Positions 19,258 to 29,600 of a stretch of DNA of 60,141 nt are shown here, in pieces. Source of the DNA: a virus (lineage: Duplodnaviria; Caudoviricetes); the IMG/VR virus record IMGVR_UViG_3300017767_000010, positions 1 to 60,141 of that record. One strand, 5' to 3'. Numbering within the stretch: the stretch's first letter is position 1; every line of letters starts with the position of its first letter. The position numbers and the translations under genes are program-made. The notes beneath the pieces were generated by a model. The model worked only from the letters and a program-made list of their open reading frames with translations, had not been told where the DNA came from and searched no databases.

Positions 19258-20541
19258 ATGGAAAAGTGGAAAGTAAAAGGAATCGTCACAGACGAGCCAA
19301 AATCTAAACAACAAACAGAACAAGCTGTTTTAGATAAAGCTGTAGAAAAAGGTGAAATTGAACCAGAAGCTGCAGGCAAAAAAGATAACGAAGTTATAAA
19401 AGTTGATTTAGATAAACTAAAAAATAAAGAAAAAGATGCCGTTCAAAAGCAAAGCACAAATGAGGTATCTGTACGCGACGGATCCGAAACTAGCAAAGAA
19501 GTTCAAAAAGAAAACAAAGAGGAAACTAAAGAACCTGCCGGAGAAAATAAACAAGAAGAAAACAATAAAGGTAACAAAGAAGAACAAAGGGAAGAAGTAG
19601 ATTCTCCTATTGAACTTATAAAAGAAGAAGAAAATAAACAGCCTAAAAAAGTTGAAGATAATCAACCTAAAGTTGATCAACAGGCGGCTGAAGTAAATAA
19701 AAAGCCTGAACCAAAAGAACCTGAAATAAACTTACCAGAAAATGTTGATAAGCTAGTAAAGTTTATGGATGAAACAGGAGGTTCAATTGAAGATTATGTA
19801 GCTCTTAATAAAGACGTGTCTGCTTTAAAAGATGGGGAATTATTAAGGGAATTTTATACAAAATCTAAACCATGGGAACAATCTGAAATATCAGAATATA
19901 TGGAAGATAATTTTTCATTTACTGAAGAAGATGATCCTAAAGAAATACGTGCTAAAAAGCGCGCATATAAAGAAGAAATACATAAAGCTAAACAGTTTTT
20001 TACTGTTAACAGGGATAAATATTATGCTGACATCAAGTTGAATAAGCAAAACGAAATACCTGAACAATATGAAAATGCTTTAAAGTTTTATGAAAATTCA
20101 CAAAAGAACGAAGAAATAAACAAAGAAATAACAAATAAATTTTTGAAAAGAACAGAAAATGTTTTTAGTAATGATTTTAAAGGATTTGATTTCCAAGTTG
20201 GAAATAATAAATATAGATATAAAGTCAATAATATTACAGAAACAAAAAATGCTCAATCTAATCTTGAAAATTTTATAAATCAATTTGTAAATAGCAAAGG
20301 AGATTTAGAAAATGTAAGTGGTTACCATAAAGCTTTATTTACTGCAAGAAATGCAGATAAAATAGCTCAACATTTTTATGAGCAAGGCCGTGCCGATGCT
20401 TTACAACAAAATGCAAAAGAAGCTAAAAATATAAATATGGATCCACGAAAAGAAGGAATTTTAGAAACAAAAACAGGACAAAAATTTAGAGTTGTTTCAG
20501 GTAATTCTAGTTCAAAACTTAGAGTTAAACTTAAACAATAA
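19258..20541 (+). CDS. scaffold-like acidic protein
   Basis: 427 aa between portal and capsid; E/K-rich N-half, FMDETGGSIEDY and HFYEQGRADA motifs. Confidence 0.7.
   Translation: MEKWKVKGIVTDEPKSKQQTEQAVLDKAVEKGEIEPEAAGKKDNEVIKVDLDKLKNKEKDAVQKQSTNEVSVRDGSETSKEVQKENKEETKEPAGENKQEENNKGNKEEQREEVDSPIELIKEEENKQPKKVEDNQPKVDQQAAEVNKKPEPKEPEINLPENVDKLVKFMDETGGSIEDYVALNKDVSALKDGELLREFYTKSKPWEQSEISEYMEDNFSFTEEDDPKEIRAKKRAYKEEIHKAKQFFTVNRDKYYADIKLNKQNEIPEQYENALKFYENSQKNEEINKEITNKFLKRTENVFSNDFKGFDFQVGNNKYRYKVNNITETKNAQSNLENFINQFVNSKGDLENVSGYHKALFTARNADKIAQHFYEQGRADALQQNAKEAKNINMDPRKEGILETKTGQKFRVVSGNSSSKLRVKLKQ
19436..19600 (+). CDS. nested small basic protein, MPFKSKAQ type (+1 frame)
   Basis: MPFKSKAQMRYLYATDPKLAKKFKKKTKRKLKNLPEKINKKKTIKVTKKNKGKK; A-rich leader; N-terminus like ORF 1276-1377. 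Confidence 0.75.
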   Translation: MPFKSKAQMRYLYATDPKLAKKFKKKTKRKLKNLPEKINKKKTIKVTKKNKGKK

Positions 20542-20554
20542 AAATTTATAAAAA

Positions 20555-22003
20555 ATGAGTCTTACAACTGGAATAGAACATTTGACACCTTCGCCTAGCA
20601 AAGGCCAATTGTTCCAAGGTAATTATATTACCAATTTTGATTTTACAAACCAGTTCTTACCTGACGTTTATGAAAAGCAAGCTGAAATTTATGGAAACAG
20701 ATCTATTGGTGGTTTCTTAAAATTAGTATCTGCAGAGATGCCTTCAGCTTCCGATGAAATAAGATGGGTAGAACAAGGAAGATTACATATAGCTTACAAA
20801 AACGTAGCTATTTCAACTGTTACGTTTACAGTAACTTTTGATACATTACCTGACGGCACATCAGCCGGTACCGCACAAGTACCTGCTGTTAGAGTAGGCC
20901 AAACCATTATGGTTCAAGGTCTTACATCAGGTGGAGCTCATACGGGCCCTGTACAAAAAGGTGTTGTAACTGTAGCTGGTGCAAATGCAAACAGTACAAC
21001 AGGTACATTCCAAGCTAAATGTTTAGAAGCTGCTAACTGGAATGCTGTTACAGGCGCAGCTAGTTTTAGTAAAGCTACTGTATTAGTATATGGTTCTGAA
21101 TTTGCAAAAGGTTCTGCTGGAATGACAGGAGAAGTTGATGCAGTATATCAGTCTTATACTAATAAGCCTATGATATTAAAAGACAACTATGCTATTAATG
21201 GTTCTGATACTGCACAAATAGGATGGATTGAAGTTACTTCTGAAAACGGAGCTTCAGGATATTTATGGTATTTACAATCTGAACACGAAACTCGTCAAAG
21301 ATTTGAAGATTACTTAGAAATGTCTATGATTGAATCTGTTAAGAAAGATAGTAATTCAGCATTATCCGCTTCAGAATCACCAGGGGGTACAGAAGGTTTA
21401 TTTGCTGCATTAAGCGGTAGAGGAAATGTTTACACAGATCTTGCTGCTGATTTATCTGCATCTGGTCTTCCAATGACCGGCTTTGATACTATATTAAAGC
21501 AATTAGATAAAAACGGAGCTATTGAAGAAAACATGCTTTATATCAATAAGACATTATCTTTAGCTATTGACGACGCACTTGCTGCCAAAAACTCTTACGG
21601 TACTGGCGGTACTTCTTATGGTGTATTTAACAATAGTGAAGATATGGCATTAAACTTAGGTTTTTCAGGATTTAGAAGAGGTGGATATGACTTCTATAAA
21701 ACTGACTGGAAATATTTAAATGACTTTGGAACAAGAGGTCAATTTGGAGATATTGAAGGTGTATTAATTCCTGCTGGAACTTCTACAGTTTACGATCAAG
21801 AATTAGGTCAAAATATTAAAAGACCATTCTTGCACGTAAGATATAGAGCTTCAGAAGCTGATGATAGAAAAATGAAAACTTGGATTACAGGTTCTGTAGG
21901 TGGTGCTTATACTACTACTACAGATGAAATGCGAGTTTCATTCTTATCTGAAAGATGTTTAATAACGCAAGGAGCTAATAACTTCTTCTTATTGAAAAAC
22001 TAA
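20555..22003 (+). CDS. major capsid protein
   Basis: 482 aa after the scaffold, followed by a hairpin terminator; WVEQGRLH, GFSGFRRGGYDF, LSERCL motifs. Confidence 0.88.
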   Translation: MSLTTGIEHLTPSPSKGQLFQGNYITNFDFTNQFLPDVYEKQAEIYGNRSIGGFLKLVSAEMPSASDEIRWVEQGRLHIAYKNVAISTVTFTVTFDTLPDGTSAGTAQVPAVRVGQTIMVQGLTSGGAHTGPVQKGVVTVAGANANSTTGTFQAKCLEAANWNAVTGAASFSKATVLVYGSEFAKGSAGMTGEVDAVYQSYTNKPMILKDNYAINGSDTAQIGWIEVTSENGASGYLWYLQSEHETRQRFEDYLEMSMIESVKKDSNSALSASESPGGTEGLFAALSGRGNVYTDLAADLSASGLPMTGFDTILKQLDKNGAIEENMLYINKTLSLAIDDALAAKNSYGTGGTSYGVFNNSEDMALNLGFSGFRRGGYDFYKTDWKYLNDFGTRGQFGDIEGVLIPAGTSTVYDQELGQNIKRPFLHVRYRASEADDRKMKTWITGSVGGAYTTTTDEMRVSFLSERCLITQGANNFFLLKN

Positions 22004-22019
22004 TTTTTAATTTAGAGAT

Positions 22020-22058
22020 GGGGTGTCCTAACGGGCACCTCAATCTTTATTTATTTTA
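22020..22058 (+). terminator. intrinsic terminator after the capsid gene
   Basis: GGGGTGTCC-TAAC-GGGCACCTC stem-loop followed by a T-rich tract. Confidence 0.75.
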
Positions 22059-22072
22059 TTAAATTATATATT

Positions 22073-22792
22073 ATGAAAAACTGGGAAGTAAAAGAAAGAA
22101 CATATCAATTAAAAGATAGTTCTCCTTTAACATACAAAATAAGAAGCTCTAGAATGCTTTGGTTTGATGAAGACAAAGGCATTAATAGAGAAATACGATA
22201 TGCAAATAATCAAAAAAGTTTATTTGTAGAAGAACAAGACAAATATGCACAACTGCAACACATAGTATTTGAAAACGGAATGCTTACTGTTCCAAGAGAA
22301 AATCCTTTATTACAACAACTATTATCTTTATATCATCCTGATAAATGGTTATGGGAAGAATTAGATGCAGTTAAAGAAGCTAAAGATGATATTGATATGA
22401 TTGAACAAGAAATCGAAGCACAACGATTAGTTCAAGAATTAGAAATAGAACATCTTGAAGCTATACTTAGAACAGAAGTTGGTTCAGATGTGACTAAAAT
22501 GTCTACAAAAGAAATAAAAAGAGATTGTTATTTATTTGCAAAAAATAATCCTGAGTTTTTTATTGAAGTTGCTAACGATGAAGATATAAAACTTAGAAAC
22601 CTTGCAAATAGAGCTGTAGAATCACATTTAGTAAATCTAACTGATGACAATACAGTATTTAAATGGGCTAAAAATGGTAAAACAATAATGAAAGTACCAT
22701 TTGATGAACATCCTTACACAGCGTTTGCTCGTTTTCTTAAAACAGATAATGGAGTAGACGTTATGAAAGCTATACAAAAAAAGCTTACATAA
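22073..22792 (+). CDS. conserved post-capsid protein
   Basis: 239 aa; REIRYANNQKSLF..EQ, IVFENG.L.VP; synteny. Confidence 0.75.
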   Translation: MKNWEVKERTYQLKDSSPLTYKIRSSRMLWFDEDKGINREIRYANNQKSLFVEEQDKYAQLQHIVFENGMLTVPRENPLLQQLLSLYHPDKWLWEELDAVKEAKDDIDMIEQEIEAQRLVQELEIEHLEAILRTEVGSDVTKMSTKEIKRDCYLFAKNNPEFFIEVANDEDIKLRNLANRAVESHLVNLTDDNTVFKWAKNGKTIMKVPFDEHPYTAFARFLKTDNGVDVMKAIQKKLT

Positions 22793-22799
22793 AACACCA

Positions 22800-22827
22800 G
22801 GCTATGGCTATTCGCTTAGCCATAGTC
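22800..22827 (+). other. intergenic stem-loop
   Basis: GGCTATGGCTA-TTCGCT-TAGCCATAGTC; no U-tract. Confidence 0.6.
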
Positions 22828-22847
22828 AACTAATTAATAAATAAATA

Positions 22848-23564
22848 ATGGTACTTACAGATAGTGTTTATAAAACAGTATTAAATATACTAAATAAAGA
22901 AAACAGAGGTTATGTAACGCCGGCTGAGTTTAACACTTTAGCTAAGCAAGCACAGAATGAAATATTCGAAGGTTACTTTTCTTCAAGAAACTATGCTATA
23001 ACAAATTCTTCCGATTATTCTGATATAAGAAAAAATATAGAAGAAAAAATAGCTTTATTTGAAAATGAAGAAACAATAGATTCAGCAACCTTTAATAATG
23101 CTGCAGGTAACACAACCGCTAACTATTATGCTTATCCAAGTAATTTTTATAGGCTTAGTAGTGTATTTCATATATTAAGTTCTGTAAATATACCTATACA
23201 AGAAACAACAAATAAATTATTAAATGTCTTAAATAGGTCACCATTGGCAAAACCAACAACTACATCACCGGTATATGTGTTACATGAAAGTGGTTTAGTT
23301 GTAAATCCTACATCAGGTATATCAAGTATAAGAATTAATTACATAAGGAAACCAAATGATCCTAATTGGATTGGGGGTACAACAGCAGGACAAATTGTTG
23401 CAAATACTTCAGCTAGTGGATATAAGAATTTTGAGTTACATCCATCGGAGTTTCATGAATTAGTTATTAAAATACTTGCTTATGCAGGAGTTATTATAAG
23501 AGCTGCTGATATAACACAAGTAGCTTCCGCAAAAGAACAACAAATAATTCAAGCTGAAAGATAA
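22848..23564 (+). CDS. head-tail ring/adaptor protein
   Basis: ILNKENRGYVTPAEFN...YIRKP.DP.W...FELHPSE; synteny. Confidence 0.7.
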   Translation: MVLTDSVYKTVLNILNKENRGYVTPAEFNTLAKQAQNEIFEGYFSSRNYAITNSSDYSDIRKNIEEKIALFENEETIDSATFNNAAGNTTANYYAYPSNFYRLSSVFHILSSVNIPIQETTNKLLNVLNRSPLAKPTTTSPVYVLHESGLVVNPTSGISSIRINYIRKPNDPNWIGGTTAGQIVANTSASGYKNFELHPSEFHELVIKILAYAGVIIRAADITQVASAKEQQIIQAER

Positions 23565-24514
23565 TGGCAGAAACTAGAAAACAATATACTGAACAACAGT
23601 ATTATGCACAACATCAAGGTGATAGCGGTAATATACCATCTGATTTTAAAGGATTAGGATATTATAGTAGAACTAGCTTAGAAGATATAATTAATAACTT
23701 TATAGTTGCTTATATAGGAGAAGATAAAGCTTTGCCTAAAGTACCAAAATATGAATTAGATTTTTGGGCACAAAGAGCAATGCAGGAATTTAGTTATGAT
23801 GTATTACATTCTGAAAAAAGTATGGAATTAGATTTAGGTGATTCTTTACAATTTCCATTACCACAAGATTATATAAACTATATTAAAATATCTTGTGTTG
23901 GAACAGATGGTGTAAAAAAAGTATTATTACCACAAAGAAGATCAGGAGATCCTACAATACCAGTACAAGATAATAATAGTAATATTACATTTGATGGCAC
24001 AGGCAAGATAATTACAGCGGCTAAATCAACTTTAGCAACACGTTTTCAAGATGCTAGTAATAGTGCAAACACATTACAATCTGCACAAGATTATTATTAT
24101 TCAAATTATAATAACGATAACTTTTCATATTTTAATAAAAGATATGGTGGTGTGCCAGAAGATATGAATGCAGCTGGAACTTACTTTATAGATCATAAAG
24201 CAGGATTAATATTTTTTGATGGATCATTTGCAAATAGAAACGAAGACTTAATTGTATTAGATTATATAAGTGATGGTTTAGATAATAATGCAGATTTAAG
24301 TAAAGTATATATGCCTAAGCTTGCAGAAGATGCAACGTATGCATACATGCTATATAATCTATCTAAAGTGCGACCTGCTAGTGCTGGCTTAACACCTTTA
24401 TATAAAAAAGAAGCAACTGCAAAATTAAGAAATACTAAAATAAGATTAAGCAATTATAAATTAGAAGAACTTGCTCAAATATTAAGAGGCAAAAGCAAGT
24501 GGATTAAACACTAA
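23564..24514 (+). CDS. tail tubular/ring protein
   Basis: AQRAMQEFSYD, LPQDYINY, LDYISDGL, RGKSKWIKH; synteny. Confidence 0.7.
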   Translation: MAETRKQYTEQQYYAQHQGDSGNIPSDFKGLGYYSRTSLEDIINNFIVAYIGEDKALPKVPKYELDFWAQRAMQEFSYDVLHSEKSMELDLGDSLQFPLPQDYINYIKISCVGTDGVKKVLLPQRRSGDPTIPVQDNNSNITFDGTGKIITAAKSTLATRFQDASNSANTLQSAQDYYYSNYNNDNFSYFNKRYGGVPEDMNAAGTYFIDHKAGLIFFDGSFANRNEDLIVLDYISDGLDNNADLSKVYMPKLAEDATYAYMLYNLSKVRPASAGLTPLYKKEATAKLRNTKIRLSNYKLEELAQILRGKSKWIKH

Positions 24515-24520
24515 AATTAA

Positions 24521-26344
24521 ATGGCACAAAGTAAAAGAACTTTTAATAAAGCTAAACTTGAAAGAGATTTAGATGATAGAATAGTTCCTCAAGGTACCTA
24601 TAGAGATGCTTTAAATATAAGTATAGATACTTCAGAAGATGCAAATGTTGGAGTAATAGAAAATATGAAAGGTAATGAGCTTATTTCTAATCAAAGTATA
24701 TTAGGGTTAAGTTCATCAACAAATCCAAATGCAAAAGTAATTGGTAGTTATTCTCATCCAGAAGAAAATAAAATTTATTATTTTGTTACAGGAGACAACA
24801 CAGATGGTATTTTTGAATATGATATTACAAATAATGCAATTAATACGTTATTATTAGATTCAACAAAACCTATTGTTTCTCAAAAAGTAACATTTACATT
24901 TACAATGGCCGGTGTAACTGGTAGTATATCTCAAAATGGTGTAATTAATCTTTTAGCCGGCAAAGGGTCCGCTGTTGCAGTAACACCAAGATTTCCCGCA
25001 AATACTTCAGGATCTACAAAATCAGTAAAAATACCAGTAAAAGTAAGAGTACCAAGAGGTTATGCAAACTATAAATCTTCTGGTGCATATGTAACAGGAT
25101 CTATAACGGCATCTCAAGTTTCATTAACAGCCCCAACACCAACAACAGCATCCGCTACTAATGTTTCACTAACTACAGCTACCCTAAATGGAGAACTAGA
25201 CAACGACGATGTTAACGTAACTAGTCAAGGTTTCTTTTTTGGATATAAGTCAGCAAGTAATACAGCTTTAACTGTTTCTGAATTAACAAGTGGAGGAAGC
25301 GGGATAGTTAGAAGTACAGTAACATCAACAGGTGTTAATAATGATTTTAATAAAGATGTAACTGGAATACCTAATAGTAAATTAGTTAGTTTTGTAGCAA
25401 TTGCAACTAATAGTGTTGGACAAGGTGTTGCAACAAATGTTCTTACATTTACAACATCGGCAGCCCCTGTAGCCCCTGCGGCAAATAGACCATATGCAAA
25501 CAGATTATATATTCATCCTGTTGTAGGGCCCGATTTAGGTACTGGTATTACTACTAATGACTCTAAGCAAATAGGATATGGTAATATTATAAAATCAGAT
25601 AATAGAATTTATTTTACAGTCTTTGGTTTTAATGCTTCAACAGGGCTATATACAGATCAAGCTGTTATAATGGATAATACACCAGCTACTGGTGGTGTTG
25701 ACGATAGAATTCAAGTAACAGCAAACGCTTCTGGTCCTGCTACATTAACATTATCAAATAGTAATTCTTTTGCAATTAGTAGTGGAGATATTAGATTTAG
25801 CGGCTTTAATTCTGCTGCTTTAGGTTCTCAAACAGCTGGTATGTATACAATTACAGCAACAGGGCTAGCGGGTGGTACTGTAGCAAACTTTACACCTGCT
25901 ACATTACAAGTTAAAATTGGTTCCCCTAGTGCTACAACTTTTACATCAACAATACAACCCGCTTTTGCTAAAACAGGCACAGGCACAACACCATTTTTAT
26001 CACAATCTGGATCTGGAGATTATGCTTATAATGAAGGAGGGTCAAGAACATCCTTTTCAAATATAGGAATAGGGCCTATGGAATCTGGTAATAAAGGCAT
26101 AGCTATTATACCTTTTTCAAATACAACAGGTACCTTTGATACTTTTTCTGGTTTTGATGCTACAAAAGTTGCAGTTTCTATATCAGGTAAAACAGCAGGA
26201 ACTGATTATGATTATTATATTTTTGATACATGTCCTGTTATATATGGTACTACTCCTGGTATAATGATCGAAGCAGATCCTAACGTTTTAAATGATGGAA
26301 CAACTTCAGTTACACATACAGTAACTATAACTTATAATTATTAA
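24521..26344 (+). CDS. tail muzzle/stabilization protein, N-terminal piece with FN3/Ig-like extension
   Basis: RDLDDRIVPQGTYRDALNI...VGVIENMKGN start, then T/S/G-rich beta domains. Confidence 0.75.
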   Translation: MAQSKRTFNKAKLERDLDDRIVPQGTYRDALNISIDTSEDANVGVIENMKGNELISNQSILGLSSSTNPNAKVIGSYSHPEENKIYYFVTGDNTDGIFEYDITNNAINTLLLDSTKPIVSQKVTFTFTMAGVTGSISQNGVINLLAGKGSAVAVTPRFPANTSGSTKSVKIPVKVRVPRGYANYKSSGAYVTGSITASQVSLTAPTPTTASATNVSLTTATLNGELDNDDVNVTSQGFFFGYKSASNTALTVSELTSGGSGIVRSTVTSTGVNNDFNKDVTGIPNSKLVSFVAIATNSVGQGVATNVLTFTTSAAPVAPAANRPYANRLYIHPVVGPDLGTGITTNDSKQIGYGNIIKSDNRIYFTVFGFNASTGLYTDQAVIMDNTPATGGVDDRIQVTANASGPATLTLSNSNSFAISSGDIRFSGFNSAALGSQTAGMYTITATGLAGGTVANFTPATLQVKIGSPSATTFTSTIQPAFAKTGTGTTPFLSQSGSGDYAYNEGGSRTSFSNIGIGPMESGNKGIAIIPFSNTTGTFDTFSGFDATKVAVSISGKTAGTDYDYYIFDTCPVIYGTTPGIMIEADPNVLNDGTTSVTHTVTITYNY

Positions 26345-26345
26345 T

Positions 26346-26600
26346 ATGACAACAAAAATATTAAGGCATGAGTCTGTCTTTTTTAACGAAGAATCTTTTA
26401 CACCTTCTGTAGATATTAAAATAAATAAAATAAGAAATGCTTATAAACTTCCTATAAATTTTGAAAAAGGTAATACTATAAATGCTGGTACAGAATTAAT
26501 AATTAAAGAAATGAATCTTAATTTTTTAGAAGATCTTGAATTAGTAAACGGTGTTAGAGATACTGATCCTAAAGTTATAATAGAATATACAGAAATATAA
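26346..26600 (+). CDS. hypothetical protein within the tail cluster
   Basis: 84 aa, 1-nt gaps on both sides. Confidence 0.7.
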   Translation: MTTKILRHESVFFNEESFTPSVDIKINKIRNAYKLPINFEKGNTINAGTELIIKEMNLNFLEDLELVNGVRDTDPKVIIEYTEI

Positions 26601-26601
26601 T

Positions 26602-29600
26602 ATGGCAGGTAATATATTAAATTTTAGTACTAATCGTTTAATTACAGGCATAAACGTTATAGACGGTATGCTATTTTGGACAGATGACGAAACTGAGCCA
26701 CACAAAATTAACATTGAAAAATTTAAAGGTAACTTTACCGGTGTTGATGTTGACCACACTTCTGGTACAACTCAAATATACAATAGACCTTTTGAGTTAA
26801 GAGATGTTACAGTTCTTAAAGATCATCCTACAGAAAGTTTACAAACGGATTTTACTACAGTCCCTATGTCTGACCCTATTGATACTCTTGTTGACCCTGA
26901 CCCGGATGATGGAAATGGTGGTAGTGGTAATACTGTAAAAAGCATTAGCACTAAAAAATTACAAGTAAGAACATTCCCGACTAGATCTGCATCTGTTGTA
27001 GAAACTAAACTAACAGGAATGGTTTCTAATACTAAAAAGTTAATAGAAGCTGGATTTTATTGGTCAAATACTAATTCAACGTATAAAACTATATTAGCAG
27101 GAATAAACGCATCTCCAGCAACTTCTTTTAAAGTTGTTACAGACACAAATGTTATTACACAAGATGTTAATATTACTGTTAATTTAGATACTATTATTCA
27201 ATCTACAGATAGCACTGCATCAAATCAAAGCTATAATACAAGCTTATCTACTGGAGCATTAAGTTGGTTCGCTTTTGGTAAAGAAGAAGGATTTCCAAAA
27301 GAAGACTATGGGGAAATACAAAATACTCAAGTAAAAGCGCAACCTTCTGCACAAGGAAGTGGAAGTACAACAGATTTTTTAGCTACTGGTAGTTATAGCC
27401 CATACTTAACTGGAGCAATAACATTAAATGCAACTTATAAAACTGATATTACTGTTTCTAGTCAAGGGTTTTATATTAGTAAACCTTATGTTAATAGTGA
27501 TTATGGCTCTCCTACTGTGGCTGAAGTTATAGCACAAGCAGATAAAAATACAGATCCTACTAAACAATTTCCAGGTAAATATGAAGTTAGAGATGATTTT
27601 GGTAATTCAAGTGGTTCACCATTACCTAGCTTTTCAAAAATTCTTAGAGATGTTCAAGGGGGGTATACTTATTTTTTCGTAGGATATTTAATTGATAGAA
27701 ATGGAACACAATATTCAGATAGTCACACAACTGCAGCTACTGTTAAAACAAAAGTTATTACAGCTGGGGCTAAAAATAAACCTGGTTTATATAATTTAAA
27801 AGGAGTTTCCTTATCTGGTGGTGCAGTATTAAAAGCTGAAATATATAATACTGGATTTACTGGAGCAAATATTTCTGATTATGGTTTTTATTTTTCTACA
27901 ACTATTTCAGATCCTTATGATTTAGCCGATGAATTTTCTTCAGGCATAAATTCAAACGGTACACCAACTAAAACAGGCGCGGCTGCAAATACTTTTAAAT
28001 TATCTTGTGCTTCTACTCATCCTCTTCAAAGTAATGGGGTTGGAAATTTTGCTTTAGATACTACTATAGCTGTACAAAATTTAGCGGCCGGAACTACAAT
28101 ATATTATGTAGCATATGCAACAAATTCAGCAGGTGAAGCTTTAGCTACAAATCATGGTTCTTATCAATATAGTATGCAGTCTAAAGCTGCTGAAATAGCA
28201 GAAGTGCAAACAGCTAAAGATTTAGATGCGCCTATAATACAAATAAGTGATATTGCTGTTAAAAGTCTTGAAACTAGAACTTTTAAAACAGTTAACGGTA
28301 GTGAAGACCTTACAATATTAGATAATGCTACAGCTACTACTAGCACAACCAATGCTTATGATGTAAAAATACATTTTTCACATTCACCTGCAGCTTTAGG
28401 TAATCCTGAATCAATTGTATTACATCAATGCAGACCTTCTAATAACGATGTTGATATAAATCATTATAATGGTTTTGATGATATAGATGATTTAATTAAA
28501 GCTATAGAAGAATATGGAGATAATACTGGTACAGGGCTATTATTAGATTTATCAGGTGTAAGTGGTAGTGGATTAGCTTTATATCCTGTTGCTGGTACAA
28601 GATTATTCTCTAATGGTGGTTCTCATACATTTTCTTTAAATCCATCAGATAGAGCAGGTACTCAATTGTTTTCTTTTAATCCAGATAAAAGTACTGATAC
28701 AACTCCTACACAAAGTAATTTTATAGGAGAATATACTACAGATTTTAAATTAGCAGTTAGAGAGCCATCGTTTGAAGATATGGTTGGTGGAAGAGGTGAT
28801 AAAAAATATAAGACTGACAATAAAGGATGGGATTATTTATATACTTATCATGGGAATAGTGGTACTAATTATAAAAGTGCTATATATAAAGCACACACTT
28901 TTATAGCTCAAGTCGTATATGCTAATGGGAAAGAATTTTTTAGCAAATTACAATACGGAGGTCCTCCAACTTCCTTTTCTGTAGCAGCAAACACACAAGG
29001 AACCTGTGGGTTAGTAGCGGGAGCTCCTACTGTTAAAACTCATGACAGCACTGGAGACGGGTTTTTAAAATCTTCTGTTACTCAAAATGCTGTAAAACTT
29101 TTAGGAATGATTGGTGCTAATGGAGGGGCAGGTGTTGGACAGCAAGTTGCACAAACTTGTGGTTTTAAATATAGTACAACAAAACCTTCTACGACAAATG
29201 TTTCTTATTTTGGTACAGGAGCAAATGATGATTTAGATACTTGGGCAAGTTCAGCTTCATCTGCATTATTAAGCTCATCAACTTCACCAACTACTTTAGC
29301 ACAAGCACGTACACATGCTATTTCTGATGACCCTGATACGTCTGATGCTAATGTAAATGGTTGTTATAGAGAATATGCAGTAGATGTAACTGGCTTAGCT
29401 GCTAACACAACATATTATTTTGTAGCATTTTGTTCTCCTAGTCAAGTTACACCAAGAGGAGGATATGCCTCTGTATTAAATCTAGCTAGAGATGATTATA
29501 ATGCTACAAAATATGGTCACGTTAAAGAATTCACTACCGAAGGCACTGGGAGTATTGTAGATCACCCTCCTACAATAACAGTATTAGACTCTGCAGTTGA

